Shown: positions 30,217 to 38,964 of the stretch, one piece after another | How positions within the stretch are numbered: position 1 is the stretch's first letter | How the letters are laid out: every line of letters starts with the position of its first letter | Source: an uncultured bacterium | GTDB lineage: Bacteria; Patescibacteriota; Minisyncoccia; Phycocordibacterales; GWA1-40-21 | DNA length: 64,000 nucleotides | Reading direction: 5' to 3' | Assembly (NCBI GenBank): GCA_903831305.1 | Contig: CAIKXE010000011.1 | Coordinates: 12,002 to 76,001, forward strand | The notes under the pieces: generated by a model | Told to the model about the DNA's origin: nothing | The model's input: the letters and a program-made list of their open reading frames with translations, nothing else | Database searches by the model: none | Made by a program: the position numbers and the translations under genes

Positions 30217-31607
30217 AAGAAAAAGTTTGGATAAAATTTTATGAAGGAGGTGTCTTAAGGGAAGAATTGACCTTTATACAAGCTGAAGAAAGAATTAAGG
30301 CAAAAGTCGCTGAATTGTCTCAACTTGGTATTGAGAATGGGGATCGTGTTGTAATTAGACTACCTAATTCACCTCTGTGTGTTATAACATATTTGGGAAT
30401 ATACCGTTTGGGTGCCGTAGCTGTTCCCGTCGGTCTATTGGAGGATCAGATTAGGTTGAATTTTATAATCTCTGACTCCGGATCAAAAGCAATAATTGAT
30501 AATTCTGGTATTAAGATCTTACCTTTAAAATCTTTGAATAATAAAATAAAGAGTGTCTGTACGATAATTTATACTTCTGGGACGACTGGTACGCCTAAGG
30601 GTGTATGTTTAAATTGGAATAACTGGGTGAAGAATGCAGAGTCGTTAATTAAGCACCATCATATTAATGAAAATACGGTTTTTGCGAGTCCTCTTTTTTT
30701 GTCGCATTGTAACGCTCATGGTTTGGCAATGATCACTACATATATCTCGAAATGTACGTGGATATTGTTTGATAAAAGTCCGAAAAATATCTTGGAAATA
30801 ATTTCAAAAGAAAAAGTACGTATTCTTAGTGTGGTCCCGTCCATTTTATATGATATTTATAATTCAAATAAAAATTGGAAGCCAAATAAAGAACTTCGGT
30901 ATATCATAACCGCGGCTGCGCCACTGAGCCCCGATCTGTTACAAAGCGTTATGGATACTTGGAAGACTAGGGTAATTCAAGGTTATGGTCTCTCAGAAAG
31001 TACTAATTTTTCATGTACTATGCCGACCAATCTAAGTGAAAAGGTATATAAACAGGTAATGTTTCCATGGCCATCTATTGGTGTGGCATTAAGTGGAGTT
31101 AAAATAAAGATAGGTCGTAAAAATAAAGAGGAAGAATTGGGGGAATTATTTATATCATCAAAATCAAACTTTAGTGGATATTGGAATAAAGATAAGATCA
31201 AACTAAGGCCGACTATTCATACGGGCGATTGGGGTTATTACAAAACTATAGCACGAAAAAGATACTTTTATTTTAAGGGAAGAATTAAGGAAATAATAAA
31301 TAGGGGTGGTGAAAAAATTAGTCCAATTGAATTGGAATATGAGTTAAGAAAAAATGGCTTGAAGGGAGAATTCGCTATAATATCATTGCGTAGTGAAAAA
31401 TATGGTGAAGAAGTTGGCCTTGCAGTTTGCAAACATTTTGATCTGTCGTTAATCGAGAAGATACCAAGATATCGTAGACCAAAACAGGTATTTCTTCTAA
31501 AGACTCTCTTTTATACACCGAATGGTAAATTACAAAGGAGGAAAATTTCAGAATTTTGTTGTAATAGTAAAGCTGAAATACTAATTAACCCGGATCCATT
31601 GACTTAA
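30213..31607 (+). CDS. adenylate-forming (AMP-binding) enzyme 2, acyl-CoA ligase-like
   Basis: YTSGTTGTPKG, QGYGLSE, HTGD, GRIKEIINRGGEKISPIELE, TPNGKLQR; ATGA overlap with the upstream gene. Confidence 0.92.
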   Translation: MKEKVWIKFYEGGVLREELTFIQAEERIKAKVAELSQLGIENGDRVVIRLPNSPLCVITYLGIYRLGAVAVPVGLLEDQIRLNFIISDSGSKAIIDNSGIKILPLKSLNNKIKSVCTIIYTSGTTGTPKGVCLNWNNWVKNAESLIKHHHINENTVFASPLFLSHCNAHGLAMITTYISKCTWILFDKSPKNILEIISKEKVRILSVVPSILYDIYNSNKNWKPNKELRYIITAAAPLSPDLLQSVMDTWKTRVIQGYGLSESTNFSCTMPTNLSEKVYKQVMFPWPSIGVALSGVKIKIGRKNKEEELGELFISSKSNFSGYWNKDKIKLRPTIHTGDWGYYKTIARKRYFYFKGRIKEIINRGGEKISPIELEYELRKNGLKGEFAIISLRSEKYGEEVGLAVCKHFDLSLIEKIPRYRRPKQVFLLKTLFYTPNGKLQRRKISEFCCNSKAEILINPDPLT

Positions 31608-31627
31608 TCTCCTTGAGATGGTAAACT
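31599..31627 (+). promoter_or_regulatory. sigma70-type promoter of the LysRS-like gene
   Basis: TTGACT-17 nt-TAAACT with TG at the extended -10 position. Confidence 0.65.
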
Positions 31628-31654
31628 TGGTTTAGATTTTGTTTATAGGTAAGA

Positions 31655-32980
31655 ATGTACATTAACAAGCCACCCATAACGGTGGCAGAAAGGGAGTGTT
31701 ATATGTGGCAGATAAAGGTTCTTCTTGAGAAGTTCGTGTCGTTACTTGGTGTCGAAGTCAAGGTACGTGGACGGATCATCTCGATTCGTCGAATGAAGAG
31801 ATCAGTATTCGCTGATCTTTTTTCCATCGACTCGAAAGTACAATGTCGCTTTGATCCGGCAGGCGGTCTCTGCCCGAACAATGGCGACTTGGTTGAGGTC
31901 GTTGGGAAATGTGTTGTGTCAAAGAGTGGTGAATCGACGATTGACGTCTCAAGCGTAGTGGTTGTGGGCAAATGGTCTGCTAACATCGACTTTAAGGAAG
32001 TGTCGAATGGCGGATCTAGTCCACTTCTGGCTTTCATGCCAGGGGCGTATGGTCGCTTCCACTACTCACAGGTCGCTAGAAACCAAGTGAGGACATTCTT
32101 GACTTCCGAGGGTTATTTCGAGGTTCAGACCCCAATTCTTGGAAGGAATTACAACGGAGGTAGATCCTTTCCTGTATCGAGCTTTTGTTCTGGTAACAGG
32201 ATTGGTTTCAACAGAACGACGGTGGAAGATCGCATGCAAGCATTGATTGCAATGGGGTACGAAAGAGTTTTCCAGGTCGGTAGTGTGTTTCGTAGCGGAA
32301 AGGAATTAACCTTCCTCGAAGGGTACGAAGCATTCACTGAATGGGAAGCCGGCAAATGTCGTATCAAGCAGTTGCTTGCATCTGTAGTAGAAAAGCTCAT
32401 TCAAAGCGGAATCGGGAGTCCAAATGACACATCCGACCACCTGATTGGTTGTGATTGGTTAGAAGTGGATTTCCTTGACAGTGTGAGTGAGTCGACTAAG
32501 GTGTCGTCACAGCAGATAATGGAGGTAGACAGTACTCTTGCTGGATTTCTCAGAGATAGAGGGGTCATTAAGGAGGAAGAAGTATCGCCAGAAACCATCG
32601 CCGACGAACTGGCTAATCTTGTCGCCGAGGCGACGGGTGTGCCAACGATAGTCAATGGTTTTCCGGTCTGGTCATCTCCGTTGTATGCATTAAGTGAGGA
32701 TGGTGGTGAACGACTCGTTCGTAGTCGCATGTACATTCCAGGTCAAAAGGGTGGGTTTGAAATAGGTATGCAGGAAAACAATTACGAGAGATTTACTGAA
32801 AGGATTTCCCGACAGCGAAAGATGTGGAATTTGGCTACTGATGACGACCGAGTGAGAGAGTCGGATCTCTCTACGGTTATATCAGGTGGCTTACCACCAA
32901 CCTTTGGCTACGGGCTCAGTCCAGACAGACTCGTAAAGATATGGCGTCAGGATTGCAGTAATGACCCATATCGTGAGTAG
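31655..32980 (+). CDS. divergent class II lysyl-tRNA synthetase paralogue (OB fold + catalytic domain)
   Basis: VRGRIISIR..FADL OB fold; motif 1 GYFEVQTPIL; motif 2 ERVFQVGSVFR; motif 3 GLPPTFGYGLSPDRL. Confidence 0.85.
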   Translation: MYINKPPITVAERECYMWQIKVLLEKFVSLLGVEVKVRGRIISIRRMKRSVFADLFSIDSKVQCRFDPAGGLCPNNGDLVEVVGKCVVSKSGESTIDVSSVVVVGKWSANIDFKEVSNGGSSPLLAFMPGAYGRFHYSQVARNQVRTFLTSEGYFEVQTPILGRNYNGGRSFPVSSFCSGNRIGFNRTTVEDRMQALIAMGYERVFQVGSVFRSGKELTFLEGYEAFTEWEAGKCRIKQLLASVVEKLIQSGIGSPNDTSDHLIGCDWLEVDFLDSVSESTKVSSQQIMEVDSTLAGFLRDRGVIKEEEVSPETIADELANLVAEATGVPTIVNGFPVWSSPLYALSEDGGERLVRSRMYIPGQKGGFEIGMQENNYERFTERISRQRKMWNLATDDDRVRESDLSTVISGGLPPTFGYGLSPDRLVKIWRQDCSNDPYRE

Positions 32981-33013
32981 GTGTTTCTCGAAGGTTTGAG
33001 AACCCATCCATGA

Positions 33014-33043
33014 AGCCGCCGAGGTTACACTCGGCGGCTCTTT
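33014..33043 (+). terminator. intrinsic terminator-like hairpin
   Basis: AGCCGCCGAG-GTTACA-CTCGGCGGCT followed by CTTT. Confidence 0.7.
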
Positions 33044-33102
33044 CATCATTTATAAATATTTTTTCGCTTTCTTTTTATGTTTTTTTATGTTTAGATAGTT
33101 GT

Positions 33103-33507
33103 ATGTTGAACGATATTTTAACTATTTCAATCTCAGAGAAGTATATCGGTAGTAGTGGGTGTGTGAATCGCACTCATTATCTGAACTTACTTATGGAAGC
33201 ACAAAATATTTCTTTGATTAAGCACAAAATAAGTTTTGATGATATTGAGAAAAAAAATAATATACATTTTGTTCAAAGAGCATTTTCTATTGAATTTATT
33301 AAGCCTTTATTTCTGAATGATGAGGTCGTTATAAAAATATCAATACCCACACTTGGTTTGTCCAGTTTTGTATTAAAACAAGAGATTACAAAAAATAATC
33401 AAATTGTAACAACTGCCCAGACCGTGTATGTTGCCGTTGACAACTCAAAGAATAAAATATTATTACCTGATAGTATTCGAACTTTATTTTCATTAAAAAA
33501 GGGGTAA
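33103..33507 (+). CDS. hot-dog fold acyl-CoA thioesterase (4HBT/YbgC-like)
   Basis: GCVNRTHYLNLLMEA, IEFIKPL..NDEV, SSFVLKQEI, V.VD......LPD; start moved past the terminator hairpin. Confidence 0.8.
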   Translation: MLNDILTISISEKYIGSSGCVNRTHYLNLLMEAQNISLIKHKISFDDIEKKNNIHFVQRAFSIEFIKPLFLNDEVVIKISIPTLGLSSFVLKQEITKNNQIVTTAQTVYVAVDNSKNKILLPDSIRTLFSLKKG

Positions 33508-33520
33508 TTATATAAATAAT

Positions 33521-34006
33521 ATGAAACTTACGCCTAAAATTGCAAAATTAACAGCTGAAAAGTATTTTAGAAAGCATAAAGATAAGGAGGAACGGGACTT
33601 TGCTAGGGTTCATACTGCGGCCGTAGTTGAAATAGCAGTAATTCTTGCAAAAAAGTTTAAAACGGATGTTTCTACAGTAGAAATATCTGGCTGGCTTCAT
33701 GATATCGGTTCTATCGTAGAGAGATCTGATCACGCTAAATACAGCCTTGATTTATTGAACAAAGAAGGATTTGAAGTCAGTCCGTTGATTAAGGATTGTA
33801 TTCTTAATCACGGGACAGATGGCAAACCGGAATCTAAAGAGGCTAAAATACTACAGATAGCGGACAAGCTCAGTATTTTGAGTATTCCTGTACTTAAACT
33901 CTTATTTAAACAAAAAAGCATCACCCCGTATGATATTGAATTTGTTGATAAAATGACAACAGGAGCGGTAGCTTACCTGAAAGAATTAAGCACAAAAGGA
34001 ATATAA
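33521..34006 (+). CDS. HD-domain protein
   Basis: HTAAV, GWLHDIG, DHAKYS, ILNH, ILQIADKLS. Confidence 0.9.
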   Translation: MKLTPKIAKLTAEKYFRKHKDKEERDFARVHTAAVVEIAVILAKKFKTDVSTVEISGWLHDIGSIVERSDHAKYSLDLLNKEGFEVSPLIKDCILNHGTDGKPESKEAKILQIADKLSILSIPVLKLLFKQKSITPYDIEFVDKMTTGAVAYLKELSTKGI

Positions 34007-34617
34007 TGCTTCACGATATTACTTTCATAGCAATTGGCGTCATAGTTCTAGGAATAATCATCTTTCTCATCTCCAAAAACCTAAAACGAACCGCCCAAGT
34101 GATGTCCGGCTGGGGGATATACGAGGCGTATAATTTCTCTGTCGATTATGTTCTCTGGCCGGTCTTGCAGTCCCTCTACGGACTGTATGGTATTTTGATT
34201 TTAATTGTCATGGCCTTGATCAACAACTTTATCATCCTACTCTGGTATCACCGGAAGAAAGTTGACTGGTTGGGAGTCAGTGAAGTGGAGAATTTGAAGG
34301 CCAAGGGTCACTTATGGGTCCATCAGGTCAGTAATCATGAGAACTTGGTAAGAAGATTCAGTCTGTACCTCCCAGCCAAGTTCCTGCAATTTATGATTTG
34401 GATTCTTAATAAGAATGATATCTTTGCTTTCGTAACCCTTTCCGTCTGGCAGGATTCTTTTATTACTACCATTTTTCTCCGACACGGCTCCTTTGAAAAG
34501 TTAGATAAGCGTGATTACTTTATCTTTATTTTTAGCACCATTTTTGGCTGTTTGGGTTGGAGTTTGCTTATGCAGGTCATAATTACCGCCATCAGAGCTA
34601 TTTTAGGTTTTTTCTGA
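34006..34617 (+). CDS. hypothetical integral membrane protein
   Basis: Several hydrophobic helices; TAATG stop/start overlap with the HD gene. Confidence 0.75.
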   Translation: MLHDITFIAIGVIVLGIIIFLISKNLKRTAQVMSGWGIYEAYNFSVDYVLWPVLQSLYGLYGILILIVMALINNFIILLWYHRKKVDWLGVSEVENLKAKGHLWVHQVSNHENLVRRFSLYLPAKFLQFMIWILNKNDIFAFVTLSVWQDSFITTIFLRHGSFEKLDKRDYFIFIFSTIFGCLGWSLLMQVIITAIRAILGFF

Positions 34618-34630
34618 TATAATGTCTGAC

Positions 34631-35008
34631 ATGGATCGGAAATCTAAAATCCTGCTGACAGTTTTCCTTTTGCTTTTGATTGGCACTATTGCTGTGACGG
34701 TTTATAAGTATGGAATCAAGAAGGATTATCTAATTGCCGGGCAAGCTCCTTGTGATATTCAAACGGAGGCCTGTTTTTATTTTCCTTGTGAAGAAGGTGA
34801 TGCAACCTGTGATCTGGCCGAAATAGAATATTACAAAAAAGTCGAAAAGAAAGCCTACAACATTACCTTATGTGACCCAGCGGTGGAAGGTTGTAACCCT
34901 CTGGTTTGTACAGAAGGGGAAAATGATTGCACTGTCACCTATTGCTCCTCTGATACGCTGGATGAAGGAGAAGAATGTTCAACCGCTACACCCGCAATAC
35001 AAGAATAA
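34631..35008 (+). CDS. membrane-anchored cysteine-rich protein
   Basis: N-terminal TM helix then 10 Cys; ATG 7 nt after TGATATAAT. Confidence 0.75.
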   Translation: MDRKSKILLTVFLLLLIGTIAVTVYKYGIKKDYLIAGQAPCDIQTEACFYFPCEEGDATCDLAEIEYYKKVEKKAYNITLCDPAVEGCNPLVCTEGENDCTVTYCSSDTLDEGEECSTATPAIQE

Positions 35009-35017
35009 TATACTGTT

Positions 35018-35770
35018 ATGAACCTAGACGAAATCTACACACCGCTCGAAGAAGCGAAGGAAGAAATACAGAGAAGATGGGAAGACAAGGAGCTGAAGAA
35101 AAAAGTGGATGAGTTTTTAGGTGGCGATATTCCGGATTTTCTGCTGGATAGTCCCAAGGCATATTTGGCTAGGCACGTGGCTAGCCCTAATTTTGAATTT
35201 TTCCGGTTTTTGGAGCAAGCTCACAATACAAATATGGATTATATTGTCCCCGAATATTTAAATGATAAATTTCATCCGGCCAATTCAATGAAATATCACC
35301 TGGGAAGAATCTTTATTTATAACGGAAAGAACAAAAACGGCGGTCATAATATTGAGTCTGAAACTATTATTGATTTTAATAAATCAAATGGAAAGAAGTT
35401 TACTGAAATGGTAACCATGTGGGATGAAAATTTTGTCGATTTTCACCATCGTATTTTAAAAGATAAGGTTTGCGATTCCCATCTAAAGGTTTGTAATATG
35501 TCAGATTGGATAAAAAAAATGGGGGATACCCCGGAAAAGTTTTATGTGTATTTTTTAGCCCTATTCATTAGAAATGGAATTTTATTTGAAAACTTTTTAA
35601 ACAACAATGAAGAAAGGATGTTTACCCTGGAAAATGTTATCCCTAGCTTAAAAATTTTACTTAAAAAGTTTGGTGTTAAACCTTTAATTGTTAGGCTTGT
35701 ACCCAAAGAAACAGAGGAAGATATTTATTGGTTATGTTATAATAATAGTGTTAAAGATCATTTAAAATAA
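35018..35770 (+). CDS. cytoplasmic hypothetical protein directly upstream of a sensor kinase
   Basis: 250-aa ORF ending 2 nt before the kinase start; enzyme-like stretches ARHVASPNFE, EYLNDKF, VDFHH, GILFENF. Confidence 0.8.
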   Translation: MNLDEIYTPLEEAKEEIQRRWEDKELKKKVDEFLGGDIPDFLLDSPKAYLARHVASPNFEFFRFLEQAHNTNMDYIVPEYLNDKFHPANSMKYHLGRIFIYNGKNKNGGHNIESETIIDFNKSNGKKFTEMVTMWDENFVDFHHRILKDKVCDSHLKVCNMSDWIKKMGDTPEKFYVYFLALFIRNGILFENFLNNNEERMFTLENVIPSLKILLKKFGVKPLIVRLVPKETEEDIYWLCYNNSVKDHLK

Positions 35771-35772
35771 TT

Positions 35773-37404
35773 ATGTCATTTGATTTAATAAAGAATATTG
35801 AGATATGCTTTGCCTATAGATCTGAAGCTCCTCTAGCTTTGATTTACTATTCTCACCTTTCCACGGTTTGTATTGCAATTATTGTGGGTATCTTTGTTTT
35901 TGTAAAGGACAAAAATTCTCTATTAAGTATGCTCCTTTTGACGCTTTCTGCCTCCTTTTCTTCTTGGGTATTGTTGGATTATATTATATGGAATTGGGGG
36001 TATAACAGTATTTTGACAATGGTGGCCTGGTCGCTACTCGGAATTATGGCTGGTTTGATCTCAGTTTCATCCTTCTATTTTTTCTATGTTTTTTCTTTTA
36101 AAAAGGACTTGAGTTTTTCTAGTAAGAGTCTGTTGTTTGCACTATTACTGCCGATATTGTTTTTTACGCCTACAGTATTCAATCTTACCCATTTTGATTT
36201 AATTAACTGTGAAGCAACTGAAAACTTTTATTTTACTAATTATTACTATGCTCTTGGAGGACTTGCTATGGTTGGGATTTTACTTTTGGCCATTTTTGGC
36301 TGGAAAAGAGCTGAAAAGACCTTTAAAAAAGAAATAGCATTAATGGCTACGGGGTTAGAATTATTCTTATTTTCATTTTTCTCACTGGGATTTATTTCAA
36401 GCTATTTTGATAATTATAGTATTGAGTTTTATGGTTTAGTCGGCATTGCTATATTTATGGCCTTCCTCGCTTATCTCATTGTTAAATTTAAGACTTTTAA
36501 TATCAAATTAATTGGAACACAAGCCCTGGTCTGGGCGTCGGCGATTCTGATTGGGTCCCAATTCTTCTTTATTCAGACGAATGTAAATCGAGTTCTGACT
36601 GGCATTACTTTAATTGTCTTTTCCTTTGTCGGCTGGATGATTGTCCGTAGTGTCAAGAAGGAAATCAGACAGAAGCAGGAGATTGAGCATTTGTTAAAGA
36701 TCAAGTCAGAGTTTATAGATATTGTGTCTCATCAGTTACGAACCCCGGTGTCCGTGATAAAAGGAATGGCCTCAATGTTGAAAGAAGGGGATTTAGATGA
36801 TGCCCCTAAAGAGCAAAAGGACCAATTCATTGCCGGTATTTATGAGAAGTCGGAAAAGTTGGCAGATATTTTGAACGACATTTTGAAAGCAGCGGAATTG
36901 GATATGGACAATTTTACTTTTGCCCCTGGTAGCGTCAAACCGGTTAATTTGGTTTTGCTGGTAAAAGGAATATTTACTGACCTCACTAGTCTGGCGGAAA
37001 CCAAAAAGCTTAATTATCAAATTAAAATCAGCCCAGAAGTCAGTGATTTAAATTTACTGACCGACGAGTCATTCTTAAAACATGCCTTTCAAAATACCAT
37101 AGACAATGCCATTAAATATTCCCGAGAAGGTGGTTTTGTAACTGTGGACATAAGTAAAGAAGGCAACTATTTTCTGTGCAAGATTATTGATAGTGGAATC
37201 GGCATACCGGCGGATCAGGCTAGCCGATTATTTGAAAAGTTCTTCCGGGCCAAGAATGCGGTTGACGCCCACGCTTATGGTACCGGCCTAGGTTTGTTTA
37301 TTACCAGGAAGATTTTTGAAGCTCATGCCGGAGGGAAAATCTGGTTTGAGTCGGTTGTAGATAAGGGCACCACTTTTTACATAAAGTTACCAATAGTCAA
37401 ATAG
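35773..37404 (+). CDS. multi-TM (HisKA_7TM-like) sensor histidine kinase
   Basis: Polytopic N-terminus; H-box VSHQLRTP, N-box NTIDNAIKYS, DSGIGI, FEKFFR, GTGLGL. Confidence 0.95.
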   Translation: MSFDLIKNIEICFAYRSEAPLALIYYSHLSTVCIAIIVGIFVFVKDKNSLLSMLLLTLSASFSSWVLLDYIIWNWGYNSILTMVAWSLLGIMAGLISVSSFYFFYVFSFKKDLSFSSKSLLFALLLPILFFTPTVFNLTHFDLINCEATENFYFTNYYYALGGLAMVGILLLAIFGWKRAEKTFKKEIALMATGLELFLFSFFSLGFISSYFDNYSIEFYGLVGIAIFMAFLAYLIVKFKTFNIKLIGTQALVWASAILIGSQFFFIQTNVNRVLTGITLIVFSFVGWMIVRSVKKEIRQKQEIEHLLKIKSEFIDIVSHQLRTPVSVIKGMASMLKEGDLDDAPKEQKDQFIAGIYEKSEKLADILNDILKAAELDMDNFTFAPGSVKPVNLVLLVKGIFTDLTSLAETKKLNYQIKISPEVSDLNLLTDESFLKHAFQNTIDNAIKYSREGGFVTVDISKEGNYFLCKIIDSGIGIPADQASRLFEKFFRAKNAVDAHAYGTGLGLFITRKIFEAHAGGKIWFESVVDKGTTFYIKLPIVK

Positions 37405-37431
37405 GTATTTAGTAGTATAATTAAGATAAAT

Positions 37432-37809
37432 ATGAAAAAACTATTATACATTGATGATGATCAAGAACAATTAGACCTCTATAAAATGTCTTTTGCTATT
37501 AACGCCCCGCAAATTGATTTCTACACGGAAAGTGATCCGTTTAAGTCTATTAAAAGGATTAGAGAAATAAAACCAGATGTTGTGCTTTTGGATTTGGTAA
37601 TGTCCGCGGAAATGAGTGGAATCGATGTTCTTAAGCTTATTCGCAAGCAGGAAGATATCAAGGATATTTTGATAATTGCCTTTACTAATTCTATGCTTAC
37701 TAGTGTAGTCTCTGAGCTGAATAGTCTGGAAGTAACGGAAATCTGGGAGAAGATAAAGGGTACACCGAAGAGCTTTGCGCTGAAGATAAATAAGATTTTA
37801 AATTTGTAG
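37432..37809 (+). CDS. single-domain response regulator (receiver only)
   Basis: IDDD, PDVVLLDLVM, SGIDVL, AFTN, conserved Lys. Confidence 0.92.
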   Translation: MKKLLYIDDDQEQLDLYKMSFAINAPQIDFYTESDPFKSIKRIREIKPDVVLLDLVMSAEMSGIDVLKLIRKQEDIKDILIIAFTNSMLTSVVSELNSLEVTEIWEKIKGTPKSFALKINKILNL

Positions 37810-37835
37810 TCTATTCAATCCTGATAGAGTGACAT

Positions 37836-37882
37836 AAAAAAACGGCAGGACCCAATTAATTAAGGATCCCGCCGTTATTTTA
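37836..37882. terminator. likely bidirectional terminator between convergent genes
   Basis: AAAAAAACGGCAGGA...TCCCGCCGTTATTTT imperfect inverted repeat with A/T tails. Confidence 0.55.
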
Positions 37883-37892
37883 TTTATGCTTT

Positions 37893-38135
37893 CTACCCCA
37901 AACGAGAGGTTTCAAAAATATAGTCATCTGCTTCACTTTGTGTAAGCTCGTTCAAGGCATCGATTTTTTCTTCTTTTTCCTCTTCGCTCTCATTTCCAGA
38001 AGCTAGGATATAGGCTGTGAGCTGACGCTTCTGTTTCTCGGTGATCATTTCTGTACTTCTGCAATCTTCATAATCAGGGAAGAAGTACCCCTTCCTAGGG
38101 CCAAACATACCACACTTTACTTTTGCTGTTGTCAT
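37893..38135 (-). CDS. small phage/plasmid-like hypothetical protein
   Basis: ITEKQKRQL...LTQSEADDYI, similar to the C-terminus of the upstream ORF; start set at MTTAKV. Confidence 0.6.
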   Translation of the reverse strand: MTTAKVKCGMFGPRKGYFFPDYEDCRSTEMITEKQKRQLTAYILASGNESEEEKEEKIDALNELTQSEADDYIFETSRLG

Positions 38136-38152
38136 AATATTTTGATAAATAA

Positions 38153-38770
38153 TTAAGCTGGTAATAAACTTGAAATCAACTCTGACGCTTGAAAACTGCT
38201 CAAGTAAGGTTCGTTCAACTGGCAAAGATATTCTTTCTTCGACTCTTCGTCACATTTAGTCTCAATCAAATTTTGCAAAAAAGTTCTTTGCTTTTGACTG
38301 GCAATTTTCAATGTCCCATCATCAGAAAAGGAACAGGTGCGATCTCGACCCTCAAGGTCTGGCTCATCTTTTACTGGAAATGCCCCAGCCGTGGCTACTA
38401 CATCAGGAGAATCAATTTTCAAGGCATCTATCATCTTACAGGCCATCATTATTGAATTGATTATGGCCGTATTCCGGGCAAAAGCTAAACCACGCTCAAT
38501 CCAACGGTTCTCTTGATTAAGAAGTACACTACCATGACCCAAACCCACGATCTCTGATTCTCGGCGTAAGGTAGCCACAAAACTAACCAAACCGGGCCTC
38601 TTGAATTGGTTCATGAGTTGAGTATCTTCTGTAATTTTCAAGGATAAATTGATTTCACCGGTATTTTTGATAATCAGCTTATTAACCGGATGTCGTTTAT
38701 CATGAATATCAGCCTTTTCTTTAAGCACCGAATAAGGTGATTTAACGCTTGTTGGTTTATAATTGTTCAT
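38153..38770 (-). CDS. hypothetical protein, possibly a single-strand annealing (Rad52/Sak-like) protein
   Basis: Beta-rich core with GLGHG then a helix; C-terminal ASQKQRTFL...LSSFQASELI motif typical of phage recombination proteins; fold call is tentative. Confidence 0.5.
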   Translation of the reverse strand: MNNYKPTSVKSPYSVLKEKADIHDKRHPVNKLIIKNTGEINLSLKITEDTQLMNQFKRPGLVSFVATLRRESEIVGLGHGSVLLNQENRWIERGLAFARNTAIINSIMMACKMIDALKIDSPDVVATAGAFPVKDEPDLEGRDRTCSFSDDGTLKIASQKQRTFLQNLIETKCDEESKKEYLCQLNEPYLSSFQASELISSLLPA

Positions 38771-38964
38771 AATTTGTAACTTAGATTAGACTTCTTGATA
38801 ATAATTTCTCCGAATGAATAACAAACGGTCACTCTCTCGTTAATATCAAAGCCGGAGATATTTTTGATATGATGATTGGCTAAAGAAATATAGGGGACGG
38901 GTGGCAAGTCATGATGGGATCCTTCACGGTTCTGGTAGCCCACCTTTTGTTCACGTTCTAACAT
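38767..38964 (-). CDS. SymE-like / AbrB-fold small protein
   Basis: VPYISLANHHIKNISGFDINERVTVCYSFGEIIIKK matches the SymE pattern P.I.L......GF..G..V.V....G.I.I. Confidence 0.55.
   Translation of the reverse strand: MLEREQKVGYQNREGSHHDLPPVPYISLANHHIKNISGFDINERVTVCYSFGEIIIKKSNLSYKL

Noticed and set aside
16133-34006. Integron cassette array (many short co-oriented genes)
   Set aside because: No recurring attC-like sites between genes (many gaps are under 10 nt) and no integron integrase in the window
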